From: Smithellaceae bacterium
GTDB lineage: Bacteria; Desulfobacterota; Syntrophia; Syntrophales; Smithellaceae
Length of the DNA: 64,000 bases
Direction of reading: 5' to 3'
NCBI GenBank assembly: GCA_963667845.2
Contig: CAXXVL010000002.1
Coordinates: 1,984,001-2,048,000 of the forward strand
This document shows, one piece after another, positions 1-10,946 of this stretch. Below the pieces are notes generated by a model, which saw nothing but the letters and a program-made list of their open reading frames with translations, was not told where the DNA came from and searched no databases. Position numbers and translations under genes: made by a program. The first letter of the stretch is position 1. Every line of letters starts with the position of its first letter.

Positions 1-28
1 CCAGAGGAGCCCAGCGGAGGCAAGAAGC

Positions 29-535
29 ATGGCCACGATTGCAGTGATTATCACCAATATGTTCGAAGACTCGGAATACTCGGAGCCGGTTCAAGCCTTT
101 CTTCGCGCCGGCCACCGGGTCGTACACGTCGGCATCAAAGCGGGGGATACCGTCAAAGGATTGAAGATGGGCACGCCGGTTGTCATTGACCAGACGGTCA
201 GGGGGCTGCGCATCGATGGGTTCGACGCCCTGCTGATTCCCGGAGGGTATTCTCCCGACGGACTGAGAAGCAACGACGAGGCTGTCCGTTTCGCCCGGGA
301 ATTCATGGAAAGCGGGAAACCCGTTTTTGTGATCTGTCATGGTCCGCAGCTGCTGATCAACGCCCGCGTCTTAAAAGGCCGGAAAATCACCGGGTGGAAA
401 TCGGTGAAGGAAGACATCATCAATGCCGGAGCAACATTTGTGGACGAGGCGGTTGTCGAAGACGGCAACCTTATTTCCAGCCGCAGTCCCGCCGACCTCC
501 CGGCGTTTATCGAGGCGTCGTTGAAAAGGCTGTAG
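29..535 (+). CDS. pfpI: PfpI/DJ-1 family intracellular protease/deglycase
   Basis: FEDSE, LLIPGG and ICHGPQLL motifs; 168 aa. Confidence 0.9.
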   Translation: MATIAVIITNMFEDSEYSEPVQAFLRAGHRVVHVGIKAGDTVKGLKMGTPVVIDQTVRGLRIDGFDALLIPGGYSPDGLRSNDEAVRFAREFMESGKPVFVICHGPQLLINARVLKGRKITGWKSVKEDIINAGATFVDEAVVEDGNLISSRSPADLPAFIEASLKRL

Positions 536-577
536 TTTGTTTCGGCGGTAAAATTTTTATGAAGAAGGAGAAAGCCT

Positions 578-1243
578 ATGGATCGTTTTCAAGACAGAGC
601 AGATGCCGGGGTTTATCTGGCGGAACAGCTGCAAAAGTACGCCAATAAACCCGATACCATCGTCCTGGGGTTGCCGCGGGGCGGCGTCGTCGTCGCGTAT
701 GAAGTGGCGCGTGGACTGGGTTTGCCTCTCGACGTTTTTCTTGTCCGGAAATTAGGGGTTCCCGGATACGAAGAACTGGCCCTGGGAGCGATTGCATCGG
801 GCGGCGTCCAGGTGATCAATCAGGATGTCCTGAGGAACATTCGAATCCCTCAGTCCCAGATTCAGGAAATAGCGGCCAAGGAAACGGAAGAACTCAAAAG
901 GCGCGAACGCGTCTACCGGCGTGACCGCGAGCCGCTCGCGGTCAAGAGCTGGACGGTTATTCTGGTTGACGATGGCCTGGCCACGGGCGCGACCATGCGT
1001 GCCGCCGTCGCGGCGCTCCGCAAGCTCGGACCGCGCAAAATCGTCATTGCCGTTCCGGTGGCGTCAGTCGAAGCCTGTGAGGAATTTCGCAAGGCTGTCG
1101 ATGAGATCGTGTGCGGCATCACCCCGGCGCAGTTTCATGCGGTGGGGGCCTGGTATGAAGATTTTTCGCAAACGACTGATCAAGAAGTTATCGAATTACT
1201 GCGGGAGGCAGAAACTCCCGGAGAAACCGCAGGAGCCATGTAA
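578..1243 (+). CDS. Phosphoribosyltransferase family protein
   Basis: [16 protein letters not shown], and PRPP loop [13 protein letters not shown]. Confidence 0.9.
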   Translation: MDRFQDRADAGVYLAEQLQKYANKPDTIVLGLPRGGVVVAYEVARGLGLPLDVFLVRKLGVPGYEELALGAIASGGVQVINQDVLRNIRIPQSQIQEIAAKETEELKRRERVYRRDREPLAVKSWTVILVDDGLATGATMRAAVAALRKLGPRKIVIAVPVASVEACEEFRKAVDEIVCGITPAQFHAVGAWYEDFSQTTDQEVIELLREAETPGETAGAM

Positions 1244-1926
1244 TGAATACAGTCCAAAAAAAAATATACGATCATGTAGACGAGATGGCCGTGCACATCC
1301 CGGTCGGCCGTGTGCTGCTGGAAGGCGATCTGGCGATTCCGGCCGGCGCCGCGAGCATCATTCTTTTTGCCCATGGCAGCGGCAGCAGCCGCCTGAGCTC
1401 GCGCAACCGGTATGTGGCCAAGTATCTGCAGCGCGAGGGCCTGGCGACTCTCCTGTTTGATCTGCTGACGTCTCAGGAAGAAAAGGTCGATAATTACAAT
1501 ATGCAGCTGCGCTTTGACATCGGTCTGCTCGCAACGCGGCTGTCCGGAGCAACGAGCTGGCTCAAAACGCAGAAGGATTTGGGGAAAATGCCTGTGGGCT
1601 ATTTTGGCGCCAGCACCGGCGCAGCGGCGGCCATGATCGCGGAAAACGAGCATCAGGACATTGTCCGGGCTGTTGTATCCCGGGGTGGAAGGCCGGACCT
1701 GGCCGGCCGGGCGCTTTCCATTGTCAAAGCGCCGACACTGTTTATCGTGGGCGGAAACGATTATCAAGTCATCACGCTCAATGAAGAAGCGATGGAAAGA
1801 GTAAAAGCCGTCAAGGAAATGACCATCGTGCCGGGAGCCACCCATCTTTTTGAAGAACCAGGCACGCTGGAGATGGTCGCCGATCTGGCGACATCCTGGT
1901 TTGCCAAATATTTGCAGATGACATAA
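1243..1926 (+). CDS. Dienelactone hydrolase-like alpha/beta hydrolase
   Basis: FAHGSGSSR, GYFGASTGAAAA, ATHLFEEPG; start overlaps the stop of the upstream gene. Confidence 0.85.
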   Translation: MNTVQKKIYDHVDEMAVHIPVGRVLLEGDLAIPAGAASIILFAHGSGSSRLSSRNRYVAKYLQREGLATLLFDLLTSQEEKVDNYNMQLRFDIGLLATRLSGATSWLKTQKDLGKMPVGYFGASTGAAAAMIAENEHQDIVRAVVSRGGRPDLAGRALSIVKAPTLFIVGGNDYQVITLNEEAMERVKAVKEMTIVPGATHLFEEPGTLEMVADLATSWFAKYLQMT

Positions 1927-1971
1927 CGCCGAGACTTGTGATAAGAAATCGTCACAAATATTCTTCATCAA

Positions 1972-2640
1972 GTGGGCGTTATGAAAATGATGAATTGTCT
2001 GATCATTACCGACATCCAGTACGATTTCTGCCCCGGCGGCGCGCTGGCCGTAGCCGGCGGAGATCAAACGATTCCCATCATCAATAAGATATCATCAAAA
2101 TTCGACAAGGTGATTGCCACGCAGGACTGGCACCCGCCCGGCCACATGTCCTTTGCCTCGAACTACGGCCGCCATCCCTACGAGGTGATGACGATAGTCA
2201 ATCAGGAGCAAGTCCTCTGGCCTGATCACTGCGTGCAGGGAAGCCCAGGCGCCAGGCTGCACAAGAACCTGAATCTGGGGCCGGTGGATCTGATCATCCG
2301 CAAAGGCAACGATCCGAACATCGATTCCTATTCGTCATTCGTAGAGAACGACAAAGTGACCAAGACCGGCCTTCAATATTATCTCTGGGGGCTGGGGGTG
2401 AAACACATTTATATCTGCGGGCTGGCCACGGATTACTGCGTTTATTTCAGCGCGATGGACGCAATCGCCCTGGGGTTTAAAGTCACGGTGATCATCGACG
2501 CCTGCCGGGGCGTAGATGTCCCTTCAGGCAATATGAAAAAAGTAATAGGCGAGATGCGCAGGGAGCATATCATGATTGAGACGCATGATGTGATTTTGTC
2601 GCAGAATCTCACCTCCGATCGGTTCGGCCGCGGTAAATAA
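1972..2640 (+). CDS. pncA: Nicotinamidase/pyrazinamidase (start may be a few codons downstream)
   Basis: DIQYDFCPGGALAV, QDWHP, WPDHCVQ, GLATDYCV. Confidence 0.92.
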   Translation: MGVMKMMNCLIITDIQYDFCPGGALAVAGGDQTIPIINKISSKFDKVIATQDWHPPGHMSFASNYGRHPYEVMTIVNQEQVLWPDHCVQGSPGARLHKNLNLGPVDLIIRKGNDPNIDSYSSFVENDKVTKTGLQYYLWGLGVKHIYICGLATDYCVYFSAMDAIALGFKVTVIIDACRGVDVPSGNMKKVIGEMRREHIMIETHDVILSQNLTSDRFGRGK

Positions 2641-2644
2641 TCTC

Positions 2645-3997
2645 TTACAACTTCCGCCGGGCGTCGATGAGCGCCTGTGCGGATTCACGGAGCCTCCGCA
2701 CGCCGGGGTCCATATCCACAGGGTAGGACGCGGTCGGTTCGAGCCCGCGCAGGTTCGCAGGCAGCGCCCGGAGCTGATCTTTCACGTGCGCCGCGATTGA
2801 TGCGAAGGAGGGAGAAGCGCTCAACCGCCGTCCTTCTTTCATCACGTGCTCCAGAAGCGGCAATCCTTCCACCCCCGAATTGCTCAGCGACACCGTATCG
2901 CCCGTCATGATGCCTTCCTGAAAACACCGGAAGACCTGCTTCGCGCCGGGAATCGTTTGTTTGCCGGATGAGTATTTCATTGTCGGCTTGCCCGCATATT
3001 CCATCAGCTTATAAGCGCATTCCAGGTAAGGCGCGTCTTCGACGGTATCCAGTTTCGTGCCGATCCCTAACCCGTCAATGGGTGCGGAGGCGGTAAGCAG
3101 CCGGTCGATTTCATATTCATCGAGATTGCCGCTGGCAAAGATCTTCACATGAGCGAGACCGTAGCCGTTCAGGATGCGGCGGACCTCAAAAGACAGGTTC
3201 AGGATGTCGCCGCTGTCGATCCGGACGGCGCTGGTGGTGATCCGCTCCGGCGCGAGCGCGAGGGCGGCCCGGGCTGCGTGGTGCGCACCGTTTAGCGTAT
3301 CATAGGTGTCGATAAGTAGGGTCACGTTATTCGGGTTGGACCTCGCGAAGGCCAGGAACGCTTCCTCTTCGCCGCCCATGGCTTCGATGAAGGAGTGGGC
3401 CATCGTTCCGTAGAGAGGGATGCCGTACTCCGCGCCGGCCAGGACATTGGACGTCCCCGCAAAACCCATGGCATAAGAGGCGCGCGCAGCCAACATCCCG
3501 GCTTCGGCTCCATGGGCGCGGCGCAATCCGAAATCCACCAGGAGTGCTTTGCCGCCGGCCGCCCCAAGGCAGCGGACCGCCTTTGTGGCGATGCTGATTT
3601 CAAAATTCAGCAGATTAATGACGCGGGTCTCCACGATCTGCGCAACGGGCAGCGGCGCGGTCACCCGGAGAACGGGTTCATTGGCAAAAAAGATTGTTCC
3701 TTCGGGCAGGGCGTGGACATCCCCCTTAAAAGAACACGAGGCCAGGTAATCCAAAAGCTTCCCTGAGAATCTGCCTGTCCGGGCTAGTGTTCGGATTTCA
3801 TCCGACGTGAAATGAAAGGTTGTGAGAAAGTCGAGGACCGATTCGAGACCGCACGCAACAAGGAATCCGCGTTTTATCGGCAGCTGACGCACATAAAATT
3901 CGAAGACGGCTTCCTGATCCATGCCTGAGTCAAGGTAGGTTTGCACCATCGTGAACTGGTACAAATCGGTCAAGAGCGGGCTCGCGGATAAAGTCAT
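2645..3997 (-). CDS. pncB: Nicotinate phosphoribosyltransferase
   Basis: LLTDLYQFTM, DFGLRRAHG, GTMAHSF, LIDTYD, VRIDSGD. Confidence 0.95.
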   Translation of the reverse strand: MTLSASPLLTDLYQFTMVQTYLDSGMDQEAVFEFYVRQLPIKRGFLVACGLESVLDFLTTFHFTSDEIRTLARTGRFSGKLLDYLASCSFKGDVHALPEGTIFFANEPVLRVTAPLPVAQIVETRVINLLNFEISIATKAVRCLGAAGGKALLVDFGLRRAHGAEAGMLAARASYAMGFAGTSNVLAGAEYGIPLYGTMAHSFIEAMGGEEEAFLAFARSNPNNVTLLIDTYDTLNGAHHAARAALALAPERITTSAVRIDSGDILNLSFEVRRILNGYGLAHVKIFASGNLDEYEIDRLLTASAPIDGLGIGTKLDTVEDAPYLECAYKLMEYAGKPTMKYSSGKQTIPGAKQVFRCFQEGIMTGDTVSLSNSGVEGLPLLEHVMKEGRRLSASPSFASIAAHVKDQLRALPANLRGLEPTASYPVDMDPGVRRLRESAQALIDARRKL

Positions 3998-4136
3998 AGG
4001 GGCGCTTTCGCATCCGATCCATATCGGGAAGATGTATTTTTTGACGAGACATTATAAGACGGGGTCAGACGGGAGTCAAGCCGGCATTGGGGGAACTTAC
4101 CTTGCGTGGGCTGGGCCCGCTCAAAAGAAGCCGCGG

Positions 4137-4727
4137 TCAGCATCTTTCCAGAATTTTGCGGTAGTCTTCCGGCGTGTCCATATCCAGCAAAACACCTTCA
4201 TCCTCGACAGGGATGAAACATATTTTTTCGCGATGCGCATTGAGGATATCGCGAAGCGATGCGCTGCGGTTGATTTCCTCCAGAATCAATCGGGGAAAAA
4301 GCGTCGGATGCCCTTTGCGTCCATGACACGTAGGGACGATGATCCGGTCGGGACAGGTCCGGTGCTCTTTGATCATGGCCGTGATCGTCGATGAGAGCAC
4401 CAGCGGATGATCGCACAAACCAATCAGGATGCCCTGCGGGATTCCCGGGATGGATTTCAATCCCGCCCGGATGGATTCGGCCATATCGCTTCCGGGGACA
4501 TCGTTTGTTGCGATCGTCACCCCGAACCGCTTGATCGCCTCCACCACGTCGCGCCCCTCCGGACTGACCACCACCGTAATATCGCTGATGCCCGCCTTGC
4601 GGATCGTTGCGAGGCAGCAGGCGACGGCGGTCTGATCATGAACCGGAAGAAGCTGCTTGGCGGTTCCCATCCTCGACGACCTTCCTGCGGCCAGGAGAAT
4701 CGCTTGCGGCGTTAATTCCACTTTCAC
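4137..4727 (-). CDS. mocA: Molybdenum cofactor cytidylyltransferase-like nucleotidyltransferase
   Basis: LLAAGRSSRMG..KQLL, GHP and DMDTPEDY motifs; adjacent to xdhC. Confidence 0.8.
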   Translation of the reverse strand: MKVELTPQAILLAAGRSSRMGTAKQLLPVHDQTAVACCLATIRKAGISDITVVVSPEGRDVVEAIKRFGVTIATNDVPGSDMAESIRAGLKSIPGIPQGILIGLCDHPLVLSSTITAMIKEHRTCPDRIIVPTCHGRKGHPTLFPRLILEEINRSASLRDILNAHREKICFIPVEDEGVLLDMDTPEDYRKILERC

Positions 4728-5484
4728 TCCTTTTTTGAATCAGCTGAGCGACGATGCTTACGGCAATTTCTTCCGGACTCTCGGCGCCGATGGCGAGTCC
4801 GACGGGACTAATCACGCGGTCGATGTCCGCGCCGGTAAATCCTTCTTCCGCAAGCGTTTTCATGAGGACGGCACGCTTGCGCCGGCTGCCGATCATGCCG
4901 ATAAATCCCGCCTGCGTTTTGAGGGCGGCGCGCACGGCGGCAAAATCGCCTTCATGGTCGGGTGTGGCAATGACGATATAATCGTTGGGTGTGACCTGAA
5001 GGGCCGGAAGAACTCTTTCGCTTTTCCCGATGACGATGTCGTCGGCATCCGGCAGGCGTTCCTTGGTGGCATAGCCGGAACGTTCGTCGGACAGGACCAC
5101 GCGAAAGCCCGCGAATTTCGCCGCCCGGCAAAGCGCCTGCCCCACGTGGCCCGCGCCGAAGATCACGAGGCGGCAAGCCAGGCCGAGCGGTTCGATAAAG
5201 ACGATAACCTTTCCGCCGCAGACGTGACCGTATTTTTCCGTAAGAACCAGGGAAATCGTCTGCGGTTTACCGTCGCTGATGGAATCCAGCGCCGCGTCAA
5301 TGACTTCCTGCTCGGCCGTTCCGCCGCCGATGGTTCCCCTGATCGAACGATCGGAACGCACCAGCATTTTTGCTCCCGGCTTGCGCGGGGAGGAGCCGCT
5401 GCCGTCCACGACCGTTGCCAGGGCAAAAGGAATATTATTTTTGGACAACTGTACAACTTCTTCAAACAGAGCAAGATCATTCAT
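4636..5484 (-). CDS. xdhC: XdhC/CoxI family Moco insertion chaperone
   Basis: GSSPRKPGAKM, GTIGGG, CGG, IFGAGHV, GMIGSRRK, PEEIAVSI. Confidence 0.9.
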   Translation of the reverse strand: MNDLALFEEVVQLSKNNIPFALATVVDGSGSSPRKPGAKMLVRSDRSIRGTIGGGTAEQEVIDAALDSISDGKPQTISLVLTEKYGHVCGGKVIVFIEPLGLACRLVIFGAGHVGQALCRAAKFAGFRVVLSDERSGYATKERLPDADDIVIGKSERVLPALQVTPNDYIVIATPDHEGDFAAVRAALKTQAGFIGMIGSRRKRAVLMKTLAEEGFTGADIDRVISPVGLAIGAESPEEIAVSIVAQLIQKRSESGINAASDSPGRRKVVEDGNRQAASSGS

Positions 5485-5530
5485 CTGCCGGCCTCCTGTT
5501 GTTTATGCTGTTTATTGTACATGTGTATCT

Positions 5531-7705
5531 TTAGCCTTGTTTCAAAGCATCGGCTCTGATCGGGAGACTCCGGAGGCGCTTCCCCGTTACGGCAAATACG
5601 GCGTTCGCCACTGCGGGCGCGATGGGCGGCACGCCCGGCTCTCCCACGCCCTCCGGACCTTCCGTACTGGGAACGATAAAGACCTCCACAACGGGCATAC
5701 CGCTCATGCGGAGCATCTGGTAATTGTGAAAATTGCTTTGATCGACCCTGCCGTCGGTCAGCGTAATCGCCCCGTAGAGAGCGGCCGAAAGACCGAAGAC
5801 GATAGCCCCTTCCATCTGGGCGGCGACGGTGTCCGGATTCACAACCCGGCCGCAGTCGACGGTGCAGACAACCCGGTGGACGCGGACGCTGCCTTCTTTG
5901 GAGACGGAAACCTCGGCGACCTGGGCGATGAAACTTCCAAACGCTTCGTGAACGGCGATTCCGCGGCCGCGGCCGGACGGGAGCCGGGTTCCCCAGCCGG
6001 CCTTTTCAGCGGCAAGTGTGAGGACCGCTTTGTGCCGGGGATTTTTGGCGAGGAGCCGCAGGCGATAGTCGCAGGGATCTGCTTTGGCGGCATGAGCCAG
6101 TTCGTCGATAAAGCTTTCCACGACAAAGGCGGTATGGGAATGGCCCACCGACCGCCACCACTGGACGGGCACGCTGTTTTTCGGACTGTGCAGGTCAACG
6201 AGGATATTCGGGATGTCATAGGGGATATCCGCCGCCCCTTCCACCGATGTGGCATCAACGCCGTTCTTGACCATCATGCCCTCGAAGGGCGATCCCGCGA
6301 GGATGGACTGCCCGACGATCGTATGCTGCCAGGCAACAGGGTTCCCTTTGGCGTCGAGCGCAGCCGTAATTTTATCGAGCCACATGGGGCGGTAGTAGCC
6401 GCCTTTGATATCGTCCTCTCTCGTCCAGATAACCTTGACGGGCTTCCCCAGCACTTTGGCCACGGAGGCGGCCTCCGAGACGAAATCGGACTGAGGATTG
6501 GCGCGGCGCCCAAACCCGCCGCCCAGGAGCATCGTCCGGATGTTCACCTGGTTTTTTTTGAGCCCCAGAATCCTGGCCGCCGCATCGCGGTCGGCCGTCT
6601 GAAACTGCGTGCCTGTCCGAATCTCACAGCTGTCCTGCCGGAAATCAACCAGGCAGTTCAAAGGCTCCATCATCGCATGGGCCAGATAGGGGACTTCGTA
6701 CTCGGCACTGAACTTCTGTGCCGCGCCGCGGAACGCCTTGGCGGTATCTCCATCCCTGCGGCTGACCATTCCCGGCGTATCGGCCAGCCGTTCATACTCT
6801 TTGCGCATCGAGGCGGTGGAAAGGCTTGCGCCTTCGCCGTCATCCCAGACGATTTGCAGGAGGTCGCGTCCCTTTTTTGCCGGCCAGAAACTGTCGGCGA
6901 CAACGGCCACGCCCGACGGAATCTGAAATACCTCCCGGACACCGGGAAACGCCCTGGTCTTTTCCGCATCGAGACTCTTTACCTTTCCACCGAAAACCGG
7001 AGGCCTCGCGATGAGGGCTACGAGCATACCGGGCACCTGCGCGTCGAGTCCGAAAAGGGCTTTGCCGTCGGTTTTTTCGGGCGTATCCAGTCGCTTGGTC
7101 GACCGGCCGATCAATTTGAATTTGGCGGGGTCTTTCAGCGTCACCTTTTTGGGGACCGGTAAGTCAGCCGCTTTCAGGGCAAGCTCGCCGAAGGTCAGAG
7201 TTTTTCCGTCCGGGTGAATCACTTTGCTCTTTTGGGCGCGGCAGGAGCCCGGATCGACACGCCATGTCGCCGCGGCGGCGGCAATCAGCATTTCCCGGGC
7301 ACTGGCCCCCGCAAGGCGGAGGCGCTCCCACTCGCTGCGCACACTGGAGCTGCCCCCGGTTCCCTGCATCGCTCCCCATTCCGTATGGTTGTATGCGGGA
7401 GCGACCGGCGCAGGCTCCAGATGAATTTTGTTCCAGTCGCATTCCAGCTCTTCCGCGATGAGCATCGGCAGTGATGTATAAACGCCCTGGCCCATTTCCG
7501 ATTTGTTTATGATGAGCGTCACGGTGTCATCCGGACTGATCCGGATGAAGGCATTCGGCACAAAGGGTCCGGCATGCGCCTGCGCCGCGCCGGCCCGTCC
7601 CCGGGACCCGACCGGTGCAAAATAAAAGCCGAGAATGAGGCCGCCGCCGGCGAGGCCCGAGGCTCTCAGGAATTCGCGTCGGCTTAGATTCAGTATCGGA
7701 CTCAT
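5531..7705 (-). CDS. iorB: Molybdopterin-binding subunit, isoquinoline 1-oxidoreductase beta family (intact copy)
   Basis: Start at [13 protein letters not shown] (Tat-like) with ATGA overlap to ior[33 protein letters not shown]. Confidence 0.9.
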   Translation of the reverse strand: MSPILNLSRREFLRASGLAGGGLILGFYFAPVGSRGRAGAAQAHAGPFVPNAFIRISPDDTVTLIINKSEMGQGVYTSLPMLIAEELECDWNKIHLEPAPVAPAYNHTEWGAMQGTGGSSSVRSEWERLRLAGASAREMLIAAAAATWRVDPGSCRAQKSKVIHPDGKTLTFGELALKAADLPVPKKVTLKDPAKFKLIGRSTKRLDTPEKTDGKALFGLDAQVPGMLVALIARPPVFGGKVKSLDAEKTRAFPGVREVFQIPSGVAVVADSFWPAKKGRDLLQIVWDDGEGASLSTASMRKEYERLADTPGMVSRRDGDTAKAFRGAAQKFSAEYEVPYLAHAMMEPLNCLVDFRQDSCEIRTGTQFQTADRDAAARILGLKKNQVNIRTMLLGGGFGRRANPQSDFVSEAASVAKVLGKPVKVIWTREDDIKGGYYRPMWLDKITAALDAKGNPVAWQHTIVGQSILAGSPFEGMMVKNGVDATSVEGAADIPYDIPNILVDLHSPKNSVPVQWWRSVGHSHTAFVVESFIDELAHAAKADPCDYRLRLLAKNPRHKAVLTLAAEKAGWGTRLPSGRGRGIAVHEAFGSFIAQVAEVSVSKEGSVRVHRVVCTVDCGRVVNPDTVAAQMEGAIVFGLSAALYGAITLTDGRVDQSNFHNYQMLRMSGMPVVEVFIVPSTEGPEGVGEPGVPPIAPAVANAVFAVTGKRLRSLPIRADALKQG

Positions 7706-8168
7706 GCTGCACCTCCTGCCATCATGGCCGAGGCCCGGTGGATGGCGCGCCGTATTCTCTGATACGTGCCGCAGCGGCAGATGTTGCCCGACATCGAGGC
7801 GTCGATGTCGGCGTCGCTGGGCTTGGGGTTCTTGGCCAGCAGGGCCGCAGCCGACATGATCTGTCCGGAATGACAGTAGCCGCACTGCGGCACATCATCT
7901 TCGATCCAGGCGCGCTGCACCGGATGCGTCCCATCGGGGGAAAGTCCTTCAATCGTCGTAATCGACTTTCCCGAAACAGCGGAAACGGGCGTGACGCAGG
8001 AGCGGGTGGCCGTGCCGTTTACCAGCACGGTGCAGGCGCCGCACAGCGCCATGCCGCAGCCGAACTTCGTGCCCGTCAGACCGAGTTGTTCGCGCAAAAC
8101 CCAGAGCAGCGGCGTATCCGGCAGCACCGTTACGCTGTGCTCCTTCCCGTTAACCTGGAGTGTCACCG
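7667..8168. repeat. ~500 bp near-identical direct repeat of 10412..10913 (iorA plus first codons of iorB)
   Basis: Direct comparison; offset 2745 bp with only scattered substitutions. Confidence 0.9.
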
Positions 8169-8199
8169 CCTTTGCGGATGCCTGGTTCGTTTCAGCCAT
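7702..8199 (-). CDS. iorA: [2Fe-2S] small subunit, IorA family (copy 2)
   Basis: [32 protein letters not shown]. Confidence 0.93.
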   Translation of the reverse strand: MAETNQASAKAVTLQVNGKEHSVTVLPDTPLLWVLREQLGLTGTKFGCGMALCGACTVLVNGTATRSCVTPVSAVSGKSITTIEGLSPDGTHPVQRAWIEDDVPQCGYCHSGQIMSAAALLAKNPKPSDADIDASMSGNICRCGTYQRIRRAIHRASAMMAGGAA

Positions 8200-8304
8200 A
8201 AAAGATTCCTCTTTCTTATTTGTCCCGGATAATGATTCAATCCCGACGTTTTTGCCTTAAGCCCGGACGCAGGCACGGAAGAAAGGGACCGCGTGCCGTG
8301 GGGG

Positions 8305-10450
8305 TCACGCTTTCTTCGCAACGGATGCGGGAAGCTCCCGGATCCGCGTGCCTGTGGCTGCAAAAACAGCGCCGGCCAGAGCTGGTGCCACGGTGGGCAC
8401 GGCCAGTTCTCCGACTCCTCCGGGTGTTTCCCGGCTTTGCAGAATGTGGACATCAACAACAGGCATTTCATTCATTCTGAACATTTGATAATTGTGAAAA
8501 TTCGACTGCACAACCCGTCCGCGATCGATCGTAATCGTGTCTTTGAGCGCGGCGGTCAGTCCGAAGACAATGCCGCCTTCCACCTGGGCTTCAATGGTCC
8601 GGGGATTGATGGTCTGGCCGCAGTCGACGGCGCAGACCACGCGGTGAACGCGGATGGTCCGGTCATCGGCGAGTGAAATTTCGACGACCTGGGCGACGAA
8701 GCTGCCGTATGCTTCAGCGGTGGCAATCCCGCGGAATCGACCTTTTGCCGGCGGTTTGTTCCATTCGGCTTTTTGGGCTGCGGCATCCAGCACGCCGAGC
8801 AAACGCGGTTGCCTGCCAAGGAGGTAGCGGCGCAGCGCGTAGGGGTCTTTCCCGCCGGCAAAAGCGATTTCATCGAGGAAGCTTTCCGTGACGAACGTAT
8901 TGTGCGAGTGGCCCACGGAACGCCAGAAACCCACGGGAATTCCCGGTTCCCGCCGGATGTATTCAACCCGCACATTGGGGATATCGTAAGGCAGGTCCGA
9001 TGCCCCTTCTACGGCGGCGCGGTCGATGACCGGCGGGGCCATGCCGAAAGCGCCGGCATGCGCCGCAAAGATGGACGCTCCCACGATCCGGTGCGTCCAC
9101 GCCACCGGCATGCCCTGCGCATTGAGCGCTGACGAGAGACGGTTATAGATTGCCGGCCGGTAGTGATCGTGCTGCATGTCGTCCTCGCGTGTCCAGACGA
9201 CCTTGACAGGTGTTTGCATGACTTTGGAGATTTCAACGGCCTCGGCCAGAAAATCCTGCTCTGCCCGTCTGCCGAAGCCCGTGCCCAGAAAAGTCGTGTT
9301 GATGACGATGGAGGCTTCAGGCAGCCCCGTAATTTTTGCCGCGACGCGCTGGGCCAGCGTCTGCCCCTGTGTCGGCACCCAGATTTCACAGGCGTTTGCG
9401 CGCACATGCGCTGTGCAGTTCATGGGCTCCATGTTGGCGTGGGCGAGATAAGGAAGCTGATAGACGGCCTCTATTTTCCGCGGAGCGTTCCGGAGCGCCG
9501 CAATGGCGTCGCCGTCGTTGCGGGCAGTGGGGCCTTCCGTTTTGGCCGCCTCTTCAAAGAGCCGGGTGATGTCGGGAGTGGACATGCCCGCCGTCGGGCC
9601 TTCGTCCCATGTCACCTTGAGAACGTCCCGGCCTTTTTTGGCGGCCCAGAACGTATCGGCCACGACCGCGACACCGCTCGCGATCGGCAGCACCCGGCGA
9701 ACACCGGGGACGTTCCTGGTTGCGCTGTCATCGTAGCCCGTCTGACTGCCGCCGAAGACGGGGCAGCGGGAAACAACGGCCGTCAGCATGCCGGGAAGCC
9801 GGACATCCAGGCCGAACAGGCCGCCGCCCCTGACTTTGACCGGTGTGTCCAGGCGGTTGACGGGCGTTCCGAGAATTTTGAAATCGCCGGGGTCTTTGAT
9901 TTTTATAACCTTCGGCACGGGCAGTGCCGCAGCCTTTTCGACGATGTCTCCATAGGGAATGCTGCGTCCGGTTTGCCGGGTGAAGAACCCTGCCTTTTTC
10001 GGTGCGGCAGGAGGTTGCCTCGACCTTCCACGCTCCCGCGGCAGCCGAAACCAGCATGGCTCGGGCCGCGGCGCCGGCTTCATTGAGCGGCTTCCAGAAG
10101 CCGCGGACACTGGAGCTGCCGCCGGTGAGCTGCATGCCGATGATCGGATTCGTATAGGCCTTGTCCGCCGGCGCCTGCTCGAACCGGACCTGCGTCCAGT
10201 CGGCATCCAGTTCTTCCGCGATGATCATGGGAAATGACGTGAGGACGCCCTGGCCCATGTCCGATTGCGGGACGAGGACCGTGATCATGCCTTTGGTGTC
10301 GATTCTCAGGAAGGCATTGGGAACAAATTGATCCGTCGCAGCTTCCGCTTCAAGGCCGAAGGGGATGCGGAAACCCAGAATCAGCCCGCCGCCGGCGAGC
10401 GCACCGGCCTTCAGGAATTCGCGTCGGCTTAAATTCAGTATCGGACTCAT
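8305..10450 (-). pseudogene. iorB: IorB-family molybdopterin-binding subunit split by a 1-nt frameshift near 9972-9978
   Basis: N-terminal part ([14 protein letters not shown]...GRVLHP) is in ORF 9728..10630; C-terminal part (TGRSIPYG...GVGELAVP) is in ORF 8305..10206; deleting one base joins them. Confidence 0.85.
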
Positions 10451-10944
10451 GCTGCACCTCCTGCCATCATGGCCGAGGCCCGGTGGATGGCACGCCGTAT
10501 TCTCTGATACGTGCCGCAGCGGCAGATGTTGCCCGACATCGAGGCGTCGATGTCGGCGTCGCTGGGTTTGGGGTTCTTGGCCAGCAAGGCCGCAGCCGAC
10601 ATGATCTGTCCGGAATGACAGTAGCCGCACTGCGGCACATCATCTTCGATCCAGGCGCGCTGCACCGGATGCGTCCCATCGGGGGAAAGTCCTTCAATCG
10701 TCGTAATCGACTTTCCCGAAACAGCGGAAACGGGCGTGACGCAGGAGCGGGTGGCCGTGCCGTTTACCAGCACGGTGCAGGCGCCGCACAGCGCCATGCC
10801 GCAGCCGAACTTCGTGCCCGTCAGACCAAGTTGTTCGCGCAAAACCCAGAGCAGCGGCGTATCCGGTAGCACCGTTACACTATGCTCCTTCCCGTTAACC
10901 TGGAATGTCACCGGGGACGTCATTTTATTTTCTGTGTCAGCCAT
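10447..10944 (-). CDS. iorA: [2Fe-2S] small subunit, IorA family (copy 1)
   Basis: Same Cys motifs; protein identical to 7702..8199 after the first ~15 residues. Confidence 0.93.
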   Translation of the reverse strand: MADTENKMTSPVTFQVNGKEHSVTVLPDTPLLWVLREQLGLTGTKFGCGMALCGACTVLVNGTATRSCVTPVSAVSGKSITTIEGLSPDGTHPVQRAWIEDDVPQCGYCHSGQIMSAAALLAKNPKPSDADIDASMSGNICRCGTYQRIRRAIHRASAMMAGGAA

Positions 10945-10946
10945 AA

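Noticed and set aside
5279..7162. 627-aa plus-strand ORF
   Set aside because: Antisense shadow of GC-rich iorB; no recognisable motifs
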